From the IMG/VR virus record IMGVR_UViG_3300032562_000003, positions 194,860 to 258,859 of that record: DNA of 64,000 bases. One strand, written 5' to 3'. The position numbers were made by a program, and so were the translations under genes. Shown here piece after piece: positions 35,383-44,265 of the stretch (its first letter is position 1; each line of letters starts with the position of its first letter). The notes under the pieces were generated by a model, which saw only the letters and a list, made by a program, of their open reading frames with translations, searched no databases and was not told the origin of the DNA.

Positions 35383-35716
35383 ATGGCTATACCTCCTCCG
35401 CCATACAGCGGTATTAATGGCTTATATGTACAGATTGATAAGCACGTTGATGACACTAAAGCAAACTACGACGGAAATGCGCGTCCAGGCCAACTAGTAG
35501 TCGATACTAGTGATTATTCTTTGTACATAGGTAATTCAAACGGTGTTCTAAATTTAGTAACCGGCGGCGGAGGTGGCGGATCCTTCGGTAACCTAACGGC
35601 CAGCAATGTCACTATTAATACGATAACTTCAGGTAACCCGACAATTGTACGCAACGGGAATGTTCCAGCTATACTATGATCCGACTACTGGCGAAATTGT
35701 CTATTATCAAACATAA
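35383..35716 (+). CDS. Small fibre-like protein with apparent +1 frame break near 35650
   Basis: RPGQLVVDTSDYSLYIGNSNG and a Gly run. Frame stops at 35679, while the +1 frame gives MFQLYYDPTTGEIVYYQT to a stop at 35716. Confidence 0.5.
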
Positions 35717-35766
35717 TAGGTAACCTTAACTATTGCTTTTTATCGCAAGTATGTCATAATGCTAAG

Positions 35767-36759
35767 ATGAACTATAAAGAACACCTCCTGCATTTTTTCC
35801 TTCAAGGTAAAATAAGCTTAAGTCAATACGACTATAAGTTCATGTCGAATCTTCAACAGATGATTCACGCGAACCATAGGATTACGACTAATCAGGTTGA
35901 ACTGTTCGATAAACTGGTCAGTAAATATCGTAAACAGTTGATTAAGACCGAATTTAATGTAGATACACTGAAGTCGTTGCCATGGAAAACTTCAGTTGTA
36001 CAAAGCACCGAAGAGTATACCAGCGCCAAAGTCAGTTTGGTAGGCAATGAATTAACTATTAAGCTACCCTTCAACAAAACGTTCATTTCAGAATTCAGAG
36101 ATATAAAGTACAACACATTCGAATGGAACAAAGATCGAAAAGTGTACACTGCACCATTCAGCACGACTGCATTGCATGTTGCTGCTACTAAGTTACAGAA
36201 ATATTTTTCTGTAGTTAGGTTTTGTGATACCTTACAAGCCATACTAGATCAACTTAAGCAGTATGAGGCCGCCACAGTTTGGGACCCGACTTTGGTAAAA
36301 GTGGGGAATTCATATTTTATTGCAGCGTGCAATCCGATCATAGCTGATGTACTCTCTGATGTGGAATTAAATACTGAACCTAAAACTCTGTATACGCTAT
36401 CTAATGCGGGTGTTAAGGTTGATCCTGCCTTGCTTACAGAACCAAAATTGAAGTTTGCACATGAATATTCTACGCAAGTGGACTTATGTGATCTTACGTC
36501 GCTCATATCTTGGTTACAAGAGTTAGATTGTAAAAATGTAATTTTGGGTAGAGGAATCACATTAAATAAGCAGGTATATAATGAGTTGACACTCAAGTTA
36601 AATGAGGCAAACATCTACTATAGGTCCTTGCAAGGTGCAACCTTAACCAAAGCAGACGTGCTAATTCAACCAACCTCAACATTAACGATAGATCGCGGCT
36701 TTAGAGATTTAGGTAAAATAGTAACCCTATCAAATTCAAATCCAGTAGTAGTTAAATAA
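35767..36759 (+). CDS. Hypothetical protein
   Basis: 330-aa ORF upstream of the helicase. Confidence 0.65.
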   Translation: MNYKEHLLHFFLQGKISLSQYDYKFMSNLQQMIHANHRITTNQVELFDKLVSKYRKQLIKTEFNVDTLKSLPWKTSVVQSTEEYTSAKVSLVGNELTIKLPFNKTFISEFRDIKYNTFEWNKDRKVYTAPFSTTALHVAATKLQKYFSVVRFCDTLQAILDQLKQYEAATVWDPTLVKVGNSYFIAACNPIIADVLSDVELNTEPKTLYTLSNAGVKVDPALLTEPKLKFAHEYSTQVDLCDLTSLISWLQELDCKNVILGRGITLNKQVYNELTLKLNEANIYYRSLQGATLTKADVLIQPTSTLTIDRGFRDLGKIVTLSNSNPVVVK

Positions 36760-36812
36760 CGAAATCTCATTATCAACAGGCTATGGAGAAGGAAAGACCC
36801 AAGGAATAAACA

Positions 36813-37838
36813 TTGAAAACAGCAACAATAGAAATTAAGGACGAAGTAAACGTTAAAATTTTAGGACTTGAGTTAGATGTAAGGCGCGCTCTCATGAAAA
36901 AATTTGAGTACGAGAAGCCCGGTGCCAGATATCAACCAGCAGTTCGATTGGGTAGATGGAATGGTAAGATCAGCTATTTTTCTTTAGCAGGGAGTACCTA
37001 TCTAAATCTACTGGATGAAATCATTCCGATACTAATCGATTACGGCTATGACATAGTACTAGACGACAAGAGAAAAAATCACTTAGACCTAAAGTTTGAC
37101 CTGATAAACGAGAATACTTTTGCTAACATATGCTGGCCCGCCGGACATGAACGTGAAGGTCAACCTATAATTCTGCGTGATTATCAAGTGGAAATCGTCA
37201 ATAACTTTTTAGCCAATCCACAGTCACTTCAAGAAATAGCAACAGGCGCTGGCAAGACATTAATGACAGCCGCATTGTCTAAAAGTATTGAGCCATATGG
37301 TCGATCTATCGTAGTTGTTCCCAACAAGTCGTTGGTAGTACAAACCGAAGCAGATTACAAAAATCTTCAACTTGAGGTAGGCGTGTACTTTGGTGATCGA
37401 AAGGATTACGGTAAAACACATACCATCTGTACATGGCAATCACTGAACAATTTGCTCAAGGTTAAAGCTGAACAAGATCCTAACAAGGATCCTGATATGG
37501 AAGACTTTTTCTTTGATGATGTTGTTTGTGTCATGGTTGATGAATGTTTTCACGGAGAATCAGTGGTGCTAACCCCGGTTGGATATGTACCCATCAAGGA
37601 CATTAAAGCCGGAGATAAAGTAATCAATTATTGTGAACAGTCCGGAACCTTCAAGGAAGATACAGTGGTAAAACAACAGCACAATCTTACTGTGTCGTCC
37701 ACTGAAAAAATGTATGAGATGGAATTTGATAACGGACGTGTAATTAGGGTTACTGGAAATCATCAATTTCTAACAAATCTAGGCTGGTGCCGGGCTGACG
37801 AACTTACTGAAAATCACGAAATAGTAAATAAAACATAA
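36813..37838 (+). CDS. uvsW: UvsW-like SF2 helicase, N-terminal part fused to N-intein
   Basis: LRDYQ Q-motif, IATGAGKT Walker A, TWQSL, then VDE-CFHGESVVLT at the intein start. Confidence 0.9.
   Translation: MKTATIEIKDEVNVKILGLELDVRRALMKKFEYEKPGARYQPAVRLGRWNGKISYFSLAGSTYLNLLDEIIPILIDYGYDIVLDDKRKNHLDLKFDLINENTFANICWPAGHEREGQPIILRDYQVEIVNNFLANPQSLQEIATGAGKTLMTAALSKSIEPYGRSIVVVPNKSLVVQTEADYKNLQLEVGVYFGDRKDYGKTHTICTWQSLNNLLKVKAEQDPNKDPDMEDFFFDDVVCVMVDECFHGESVVLTPVGYVPIKDIKAGDKVINYCEQSGTFKEDTVVKQQHNLTVSSTEKMYEMEFDNGRVIRVTGNHQFLTNLGWCRADELTENHEIVNKT
37545..37835 (+). other. Split intein N-fragment (97 aa)
   Basis: Block A CFHGESVVLTPVGYVPIKDIKAGDKV and block B IRVTGNHQFLT (TxxH). Ends WCRADELTENHEIVNKT at a stop codon. 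Confidence 0.88.
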
Positions 37839-37865
37839 ATACATATGGCTAAGGCAGGAGTATTC

Positions 37866-38786
37866 ATGAAAATTACATATGAACAATGGAAAGATCGGTT
37901 AAACAAGCGACTAGCAGAACATAACCAACAGGTAAGGGTCGTTACTTTTGGAAAATCAACACTAGAATTATCAACCGGCGAGATATTAATACAGCCCGAG
38001 TTTAATAATTTTAAAAAGAGGGTAATGAATTCCAAGACTGATCTTTGGGTGAAGAATATGGATTTGCTTCTATCCGGATTAATATCTGATCGGGAAGTCA
38101 AGGCTAAGCTTGCTGCAATTGGTGGCGAAGCCGTTCATAAATTACATCCTGAACTTAGTAGTCGCAATTTAAATACAGGTGTGCCGTGGAATAAAGGGAA
38201 AACAGGACTACAAACTTCTTGGGCGAAGGGTTTGACTAAACAAACCGACAGTCGGGTTGCTGCTAGAGTAAATAGCGGGGAAGCAAACGGTATGTATGGT
38301 GTAAAAATGTCTGACCAGGATAAAAAATTCCGATCGGATATAATGAAGGATAAAATTTTATATGGAGACTTTACCCCAAATTCCAACAATAGAAACACGC
38401 ACTGGGAAGCAACGTTTAACAGAAAGAAATATAGATCGAGTTGGGAAGCGTTGTTTCAGTATATGTATCAGGATGCAGCGTATGAAACATTGAGATTAGA
38501 ATACATTATCAACGGTAATCGAAAAATATACATAGTTGATTTTGTTGATTATAAAACCAAACAGGTAGTAGAAGTGAAGCCGACGGAGTTATGCCGAGGT
38601 AAGATATTTGACGCAAAAATGGTTGCCCTTAAAGAGTGGGCAGATCAAAATGGGTTTAGTGTCATTGTCGCAACACGGGAATGGCTATTGAATAATAGCT
38701 GCCCTTCCGACCTCTCTGGATTTGATGAAAAAACCGCAACAAAGATAAGGAAGTTATATGAAGCTAATAAGAAAAACCGAAATTGA
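37866..38786 (+). CDS. Free-standing endonuclease: NUMOD3-like motifs + TnsA-like PD-(D/E)XK domain
   Basis: PWNKGKTG and NGMYGVKMS motifs; YRSSWE...YIVDF...VVEVKP. AGGAG RBS before 37866 and TAAATA at 37836. Confidence 0.78.
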   Translation: MKITYEQWKDRLNKRLAEHNQQVRVVTFGKSTLELSTGEILIQPEFNNFKKRVMNSKTDLWVKNMDLLLSGLISDREVKAKLAAIGGEAVHKLHPELSSRNLNTGVPWNKGKTGLQTSWAKGLTKQTDSRVAARVNSGEANGMYGVKMSDQDKKFRSDIMKDKILYGDFTPNSNNRNTHWEATFNRKKYRSSWEALFQYMYQDAAYETLRLEYIINGNRKIYIVDFVDYKTKQVVEVKPTELCRGKIFDAKMVALKEWADQNGFSVIVATREWLLNNSCPSDLSGFDEKTATKIRKLYEANKKNRN

Positions 38787-38862
38787 TAAACCTGACGAAG
38801 TGTTCAATCTCCACATTGAAAATGATCATAATTACATAGTTGACGGTGCAGTAGTATCCAAC
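38758..38862 (+). other. Split intein C-fragment (35 aa)
   Basis: MKLIRKTEIDKPDEVFNLHIENDHNYIVDGAVVSN followed by Cys(+1). Block F VFNLHIENDHNY. Confidence 0.88.
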
Positions 38863-39594
38863 TGTCACATGGCAAAAGCTGATGTTCTCAAGCAAATGCT
38901 TACTGGGGTATTCGCTGATGTTCCTATTCGCTGGGGATTAACCGGTACCATACCTAAAGCCGAAATGGATCGCGCTTCGATTCTAGTATCTCTTGGGCCA
39001 GTCATCGGGAAGTTAGCAGCAAGTGAGCTACAAGATCGAGGTGTTCTTGCAAGTTGTCACGTTAACATAGTGCAGCTTAAAGATACTTCGGAGTTTACAA
39101 ACTATCAAAGCGAGTTAAAGTTTCTACTAGAGGACGGCCATCGTTTAGACAAAATCGCTGATCTTGTACGAGCCGTCAATAAAACAGGCAACACATTGGT
39201 TTTGGTTGATAGAGTAAATGCAGGTAAAGAACTAGTCAGCAGACTACAAAATTCAGTGTTTGTTAATGGTGGAACAAAACTAACAGAACGCAAAGAAGAA
39301 TACGATGAGGTTGCGATCAGTGATGATAAGATAATTGTAGCTACATATGGTGTTGCGGCTGTGGGCATCAACATTCCTCGAATCTTTAATTTGGTTCTCA
39401 TCGAACCAGGCAAATCATTTGTACGAGTTATACAGAGCATTGGTCGTGGCATAAGAAAAGCAGAAGACAAAGACCACGTGCAGATTTGGGACGTTACTAG
39501 TACGTGTAAGTTTGCAAAGAGGCATTTAACCCAGCGTAAGGCTTTTTATAAAGAGGCTAAATATCCCTTTACTATAGAGAAACTGGATTACTAA
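38758..39594 (+). CDS. uvsW: C-intein fused to UvsW-like helicase C-terminal part
   Basis: After SN: CHMAK, WGLTGT (motif III), VATYGVAAVGINIP and QSIGRGIR (motif VI). Confidence 0.9.
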   Translation: MKLIRKTEIDKPDEVFNLHIENDHNYIVDGAVVSNCHMAKADVLKQMLTGVFADVPIRWGLTGTIPKAEMDRASILVSLGPVIGKLAASELQDRGVLASCHVNIVQLKDTSEFTNYQSELKFLLEDGHRLDKIADLVRAVNKTGNTLVLVDRVNAGKELVSRLQNSVFVNGGTKLTERKEEYDEVAISDDKIIVATYGVAAVGINIPRIFNLVLIEPGKSFVRVIQSIGRGIRKAEDKDHVQIWDVTSTCKFAKRHLTQRKAFYKEAKYPFTIEKLDY

Positions 39595-39598
39595 AATG

Positions 39599-39627
39599 TT
39601 GACTTTTACACACATTGTTGCTAGAAT
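39599..39627 (+). promoter_or_regulatory. sigma70-like promoter
   Basis: TTGACT, 17-nt spacer ending TGC, TAGAAT. Confidence 0.65.
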
Positions 39628-39633
39628 AACACT

Positions 39634-40137
39634 ATGAGAATTTTATCACTGGACACCAACGAGGCATATAATCTAGAACATCTACCGGAAGAAATTGATG
39701 ATTTGCGATTTGCAATATTAGACAACTCTACTCCCACAAACGTAGACTATCATTTTATTCCTCTTATTTTTCTAGAATCATTTAATTCACCGGCACTGGT
39801 TTTAAAAATTGGTGAGAGAACAATCAAGATGCCGGTCGACTGGCAAGTCTTGATAGGTGAACAAGAACACGGTGACCTAGAGACTCTACCCTTATCAAGC
39901 TTGAATGATCGTGGATTTCATGCATTTCAATTTAATCCGTTGACTTCTCATTCCCCGACATTTTTACCAATTGAAATTGTTGATATCTATACAGACGTGA
40001 CATGGTATGCACCGAGATTACGTAATGGACAATTTTTAGCAGTACCAATCGATGATGGACCTAAACCAAGGTGTGTTTACTTTGTCAAGGAAATCAGCAG
40101 GAACTGTGAGACTGTAGACTATAGCCAAGCATTTTAA
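39634..40137 (+). CDS. Hypothetical phage protein
   Basis: 167-aa ORF after a promoter. Confidence 0.7.
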   Translation: MRILSLDTNEAYNLEHLPEEIDDLRFAILDNSTPTNVDYHFIPLIFLESFNSPALVLKIGERTIKMPVDWQVLIGEQEHGDLETLPLSSLNDRGFHAFQFNPLTSHSPTFLPIEIVDIYTDVTWYAPRLRNGQFLAVPIDDGPKPRCVYFVKEISRNCETVDYSQAF

Positions 40138-40146
40138 GGAGAGAAA

Positions 40147-40293
40147 ATGATTAAGACAGACGAACTTGAAAAGTTTCAGGACAACAACAAGGATTTCGAT
40201 ATCGTAGGTGTTATTAGAACACTTTATCCGAAGATAGAAATAAAGGTCTTGCTAGACTTAACTGCAAAGGATGATACGTATGAAGTGGTTTGA
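40147..40293 (+). CDS. Small hypothetical protein (48 aa)
   Basis: AAGGAG RBS; MIKTDELEKFQDNNKDFDIVGVIRTLYPK... Confidence 0.5.
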   Translation: MIKTDELEKFQDNNKDFDIVGVIRTLYPKIEIKVLLDLTAKDDTYEVV

Positions 40294-40597
40294 TCGATGG
40301 TTTGCTAAAATGTGTCGCCGGGTCTGGGACGAGCCACAAGATGAATTTATATCTTCTCCCAAAGCACGGTTAGTTTCTAACAGTAGACGTACTCCGGGAC
40401 GTACTCCGGAAGGAAATTGCATCAATTTCACTGTCTTTAAGGCTGACGGAGGATTCATTGTACAATACATGTCAGACGCATCATACGCTAATGTCACGTC
40501 TGCAAATCATATGCCCAAACTAACTATAGTCCCGCATGGAACAGATTTGGGTCAGACTGTTGCACATATCATAACTCTGGAAGCGCTAAAGAACTAA
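40280..40597 (+). CDS. Hypothetical protein
   Basis: MKWFDRWFAKMCRR... Confidence 0.6.
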   Translation: MKWFDRWFAKMCRRVWDEPQDEFISSPKARLVSNSRRTPGRTPEGNCINFTVFKADGGFIVQYMSDASYANVTSANHMPKLTIVPHGTDLGQTVAHIITLEALKN

Positions 40598-41184
40598 TGG
40601 CAAAGGAGCAGGTTCCCGTAGACGAAACGTTGCCCGATCAGGACCTAGTTCTATTTGACGTTTTGGCTGCTATAGACAGAAAAGACTATGGGTACTATGA
40701 TAGATTAACAGCCGCACAACAAAAGAAAATTGTTCCATTTGTTTTAATGCATTGGGTCAGTGCAGTAAAAGCTAACAGAGATATCCAGCGCTATTACGTT
40801 CAAAGTACCGACTATCATGCCAATAAACATTTCTTTAACGAGAATGTACAAGAGCATCCTAAATTGCTTTGGATGATGCTGTGTGCATCTAGTCCGGGTA
40901 TAGGCAAACAATTCCATCAGTGGGTACCCCAAATCAAAGAACGTGTAGTTAAATTACGCGAAAACGCAAAGCCTAAAGAAATTAAGGAATATTTCAAGAA
41001 GATTTATCCTAAATCAAGTGATGCAGACGTTGCCCTAATCACTGAGGTTTACATTGAAAATCACAAGAAAAAGATGTATCTTGCTGATAAGTTCCCTACA
41101 TTAAAGTACGACGAGATTGAGTTGTTAAGTGACCTTATTACAGACGACGACATTGAACACTACGAAAAAGCCTGGGGAAACTAA
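40597..41184 (+). CDS. Hypothetical protein, possibly clamp-loader small subunit (gp62)-like
   Basis: Helical protein in replication context; weak recalled resemblance only. Confidence 0.4.
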   Translation: MAKEQVPVDETLPDQDLVLFDVLAAIDRKDYGYYDRLTAAQQKKIVPFVLMHWVSAVKANRDIQRYYVQSTDYHANKHFFNENVQEHPKLLWMMLCASSPGIGKQFHQWVPQIKERVVKLRENAKPKEIKEYFKKIYPKSSDADVALITEVYIENHKKKMYLADKFPTLKYDEIELLSDLITDDDIEHYEKAWGN

Positions 41185-41860
41185 ACCAGAATTTAGTTGT
41201 GAGTTTTGCAATCGTGGGTTTCAGAAAGAAACGACCATGATGAATCACCTATGCGAAAATAAACGCAGATGGCAAGATAAGGACTTAGCTGGAAACAGAA
41301 TTGGCTTTCATTCTTGGTTACGCTTCTACAAAAAGAACACGGCTTCCAAAAAGACAAAAACATATTTGGACTTTACAAAAAGTGCATATTACCTTGCTTT
41401 CGTTAAGTTCGGTCACTATTGCGTGAACGTTAACGTACTTAATGTCAACGCTTATGCGGATTGGTTGCTAAAGAACGATGTTAAGATTGACAGTTGGTGC
41501 AGCGATACGAATTATACTAAATTCATCATTGATTATCTAAAAACCGAAGACCCCCTAGACGCGATTGCTCGCAGCATAGAAACCTGTATTGCTAAGGCCA
41601 ACGAAGAAGGTATTCAAAGCAAAGACTATCTTCGCTACGGCAATCGTAACAAGCTATGTCACATTATAACTACGGGTAAAATCAGTCCATGGATGTTATA
41701 TCAATGCCCTAGTGGCATCGATTTACTAGAAAGTTTTGACGAACTACAACAGAAGATGGTTCTAGATTACATTAATCCAGAACAATGGGCAATTAAATTT
41801 AGACGAAGCGCTGATAGAGTACCTCAAGTAAAATCTCTGTTAACTTCGGCCGGATTTTAA
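41129..41860 (+). CDS. Hypothetical protein with N-terminal zinc finger
   Basis: FSCEFCNRGFQKETTMMNHLC. Confidence 0.65.
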   Translation: MTLLQTTTLNTTKKPGETKPEFSCEFCNRGFQKETTMMNHLCENKRRWQDKDLAGNRIGFHSWLRFYKKNTASKKTKTYLDFTKSAYYLAFVKFGHYCVNVNVLNVNAYADWLLKNDVKIDSWCSDTNYTKFIIDYLKTEDPLDAIARSIETCIAKANEEGIQSKDYLRYGNRNKLCHIITTGKISPWMLYQCPSGIDLLESFDELQQKMVLDYINPEQWAIKFRRSADRVPQVKSLLTSAGF

Positions 41861-42138
41861 TGATGTACTATCAACAGGATATAAATCCGTTCAGTGAACC
41901 ACCAAGTTTTGCGTATATATACGGTAAGACATATTACATAGTATATACATTTAATATTGCAGAATGTAAAGAATGGTGTACGCGAATGTTTGGAGAATCA
42001 GGTAATGATCAAACCATTTCAGCTAGATGGTATGATCCAGAATTAGTAAGTGGCACTGGTGCTCGGTACAAGATACCCAATGCGTTCTACCTAAGAGATG
42101 AAAAAGACCTGTTATGGTTTAACATGAGATGGTCATGA
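41860..42138 (+). CDS. Small protein, FxxExDxxxFxL[RK]W-like family
   Basis: Ends YLRDEKDLLWFNMRWS. Confidence 0.6.
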   Translation: MMYYQQDINPFSEPPSFAYIYGKTYYIVYTFNIAECKEWCTRMFGESGNDQTISARWYDPELVSGTGARYKIPNAFYLRDEKDLLWFNMRWS

Positions 42139-42329
42139 CGGAGATAACTGTTGTAAAGTTAAATACCGAAAATACCGATAATCTGCGAGAAGTAGAAAAT
42201 TGGGCAATTAGCAATTGTCCTACATTTTTAGGATTGGAACTGGATTGCGGGTTATATGGTTTTACCTACACTGAGTTTTATTTTGAAACCGACAAAGATG
42301 CGGTTATGTTTTCATTGAGGTGGTTATGA
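42129..42329 (+). CDS. Small protein, FxxExDxxxFxL[RK]W-like family
   Basis: Ends YFETDKDAVMFSLRWL. Confidence 0.6.
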   Translation: MVMTEITVVKLNTENTDNLREVENWAISNCPTFLGLELDCGLYGFTYTEFYFETDKDAVMFSLRWL

Positions 42330-42541
42330 ACACTGCTGATCTTGAGCGCCGCCTATTTGATATGTACGCCTTTGCTGAATATACTCCTGCTTTGATAGAA
42401 CAAATAAAAGATGAGATAATGCAAATTTATCCGGAACTAGATGATGTTATCATAACAGTTGACTCAGATTACAATATGAGTGTCCGACTGGTAATACACG
42501 ATGAAGCTATTTTAGCTTGGTTTATGCTTAAGTATCAATGA
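42320..42541 (+). CDS. Small protein, FxxExDxxxFxL[RK]W-like family
   Basis: Ends IHDEAILAWFMLKYQ. Confidence 0.55.
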   Translation: MVMNTADLERRLFDMYAFAEYTPALIEQIKDEIMQIYPELDDVIITVDSDYNMSVRLVIHDEAILAWFMLKYQ

Positions 42542-42840
42542 TTTATAGAGAACATTATAATCAGCAGGTTAGAGTAGTAGATTATGATTCATCTATTAAA
42601 GAACAAATGAATTGGCAAGAAACCAAACCGGGTTGGTATGAGGCAGTAGTCATACATAACGGAACAACCTATCAAGCACAGCATCGAAAGCACGACGAAG
42701 TAGTACAATGGTTATATGATAACATAGACATGTGCGAGCGGCATTGCAGATGGGCTGTGGATCCTAGTAACAATCCTAATGCTACTAGAGTTAAGTTTAG
42801 ATATGAGAAAGATTATATGTGGTTTAAGTTGCGATGGTAG
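42538..42840 (+). CDS. Small protein, FxxExDxxxFxL[RK]W-like family
   Basis: Ends KFRYEKDYMWFKLRW. Confidence 0.6.
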   Translation: MIYREHYNQQVRVVDYDSSIKEQMNWQETKPGWYEAVVIHNGTTYQAQHRKHDEVVQWLYDNIDMCERHCRWAVDPSNNPNATRVKFRYEKDYMWFKLRW

Positions 42841-43046
42841 AACAACGAAAAATACGGAAAAAGATATGGTTATACGGTGAATGGCATGATATGACATTCA
42901 TTCTGTTGCCACAAACTAAGGAATTAGAAGACTGGTGCAACCAGTATTATCGAACCAAACGAGAATACTTAGGTGCATGGTTTAAAACACATTCACATAT
43001 TGTCATGGACGAGAAAACTTATGTCCATTGGAAGCTATGTGAATAG
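42834..43046 (+). CDS. Small protein, divergent member of same family
   Basis: Ends VMDEKTYVHWKLCE. Confidence 0.55.
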   Translation: MVEQRKIRKKIWLYGEWHDMTFILLPQTKELEDWCNQYYRTKREYLGAWFKTHSHIVMDEKTYVHWKLCE

Positions 43047-43109
43047 TTATCCGAATTACTTGAATCACACCATAATGTAAAGTATGTTTAAATTTGAAAG
43101 GTACTAACT

Positions 43110-43658
43110 ATGGCACATATTATGCTTGACATGGAGACGCTGGACACAGCGCCAACCACTGTCATTCTAACTATCGGACTCGTTAAGTTTGATCCGCGCG
43201 GGTCAGGCGTAATCGAGAAACTAGAACTTCGTCCAACCATTGACGAACAAACAGATACTTTTGGTCGAAGCATCAGTGACGACACCCTTCGTTGGTGGAG
43301 TACTCAGAGCGCAGAAGCGATCAACGAATCTATGGGAGACCAGGACAGAATCTCTTACAAAGAATGTATGGAAAAGCTGTACAAGTTTTGTTGGAATCAA
43401 CAGGCTATCTGGTCCAACGGCGCAGGGTTCGATGTGGTGGTAGCAGAGAATGCATTCCGTGAATTAGACATGCGTATTCCCTGGCCCTTTTGGACTATTC
43501 GTGACTGTCGTACAATCTACGATCTTGCAGGTGTGTCGTTGAAAGATGACGGGCACGTCACTACTCACAAAGCAGTAGAAGATGCCGAACGCCAGGCTAT
43601 CGTGGTTCAACGTGCTTACCAAAAGTTAATTAAGGCTGGCTTTACTCATATCAAATGA
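43110..43658 (+). CDS. DEDDh 3'-5' exonuclease (Rv2179c-like)
   Basis: IMLDMETL (ExoI), WSNGAGFD (ExoII), RDCRT and HKAVEDA (ExoIII). Confidence 0.85.
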   Translation: MAHIMLDMETLDTAPTTVILTIGLVKFDPRGSGVIEKLELRPTIDEQTDTFGRSISDDTLRWWSTQSAEAINESMGDQDRISYKECMEKLYKFCWNQQAIWSNGAGFDVVVAENAFRELDMRIPWPFWTIRDCRTIYDLAGVSLKDDGHVTTHKAVEDAERQAIVVQRAYQKLIKAGFTHIK

Positions 43659-44236
43659 GAATAGATTCAGACATTGACATTGATTTGGGAAATCGTGACG
43701 CAGTGTTGTCACTGATTAAGCATGTCCATGCTGCAATGCGAAAAGTCAATCCTATCAGAAAGCACCCGTCTGGTATATATCCCACAGATATTCCTTATGA
43801 TCCCGTGTATGACATGGCTGCAATCGATTATGCAGAAGCAGAAGCCCGTGGCTATTTTAAGATTGATTTACTGAATGTTTACGTATATAATATGGTCAAA
43901 GATGAAGAACATCTAATTAGGTTAATGCAAGAACCGGATTGGTCAATGCTCAATGATAAAAATATCGTTGAGCAACTGATTCACTTGAATAGCCAATTTG
44001 AAGCAGTTAGACGAATGCCGGAGCCTATAAACTCTATTCCTAGGCTGGCCATGTTTCTTGCAGCAATTAGACCTGCGAAGCGACACTTGCTTAATAAGAC
44101 CTGGAAAGAAATAAACGAGACTGTTTGGGAAAAGGATCAGACTGGTTATGCTTATAAACGTAGCCACGCGATTAGTTACAGTCACTTAGTGGTGGTACAC
44201 ATGAATTTACTAAAAGAAAACAGTGAGAAAGTTTAA
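43655..44236 (+). CDS. Miniature DnaE/Pol III alpha-like protein (193 aa)
   Basis: Family C motifs in the correct order: SDIDID, KHPSG, GYFKIDLL, AAIRP and GYAYKRSHAISY. Confidence 0.75.
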   Translation: MRIDSDIDIDLGNRDAVLSLIKHVHAAMRKVNPIRKHPSGIYPTDIPYDPVYDMAAIDYAEAEARGYFKIDLLNVYVYNMVKDEEHLIRLMQEPDWSMLNDKNIVEQLIHLNSQFEAVRRMPEPINSIPRLAMFLAAIRPAKRHLLNKTWKEINETVWEKDQTGYAYKRSHAISYSHLVVVHMNLLKENSEKV

Positions 44237-44265
44237 ATAAATACTACATACAATGGAGTATTTAT
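44237..44265 (+). promoter_or_regulatory. Late promoter within an RBS-occluding hairpin
   Basis: ATAAATACT (44237-45, contains TAAATA) is the reverse complement of AGTATTTAT (44257-65), which overlaps GGAG at 44255-58. Confidence 0.65.

Noticed and set aside
37839-38757. Group I intron interrupting uvsW
   Set aside because: Both flanks carry intein blocks, the C-half has its own start and RBS-like AGGAAG, and there is no non-coding room for an intron core.
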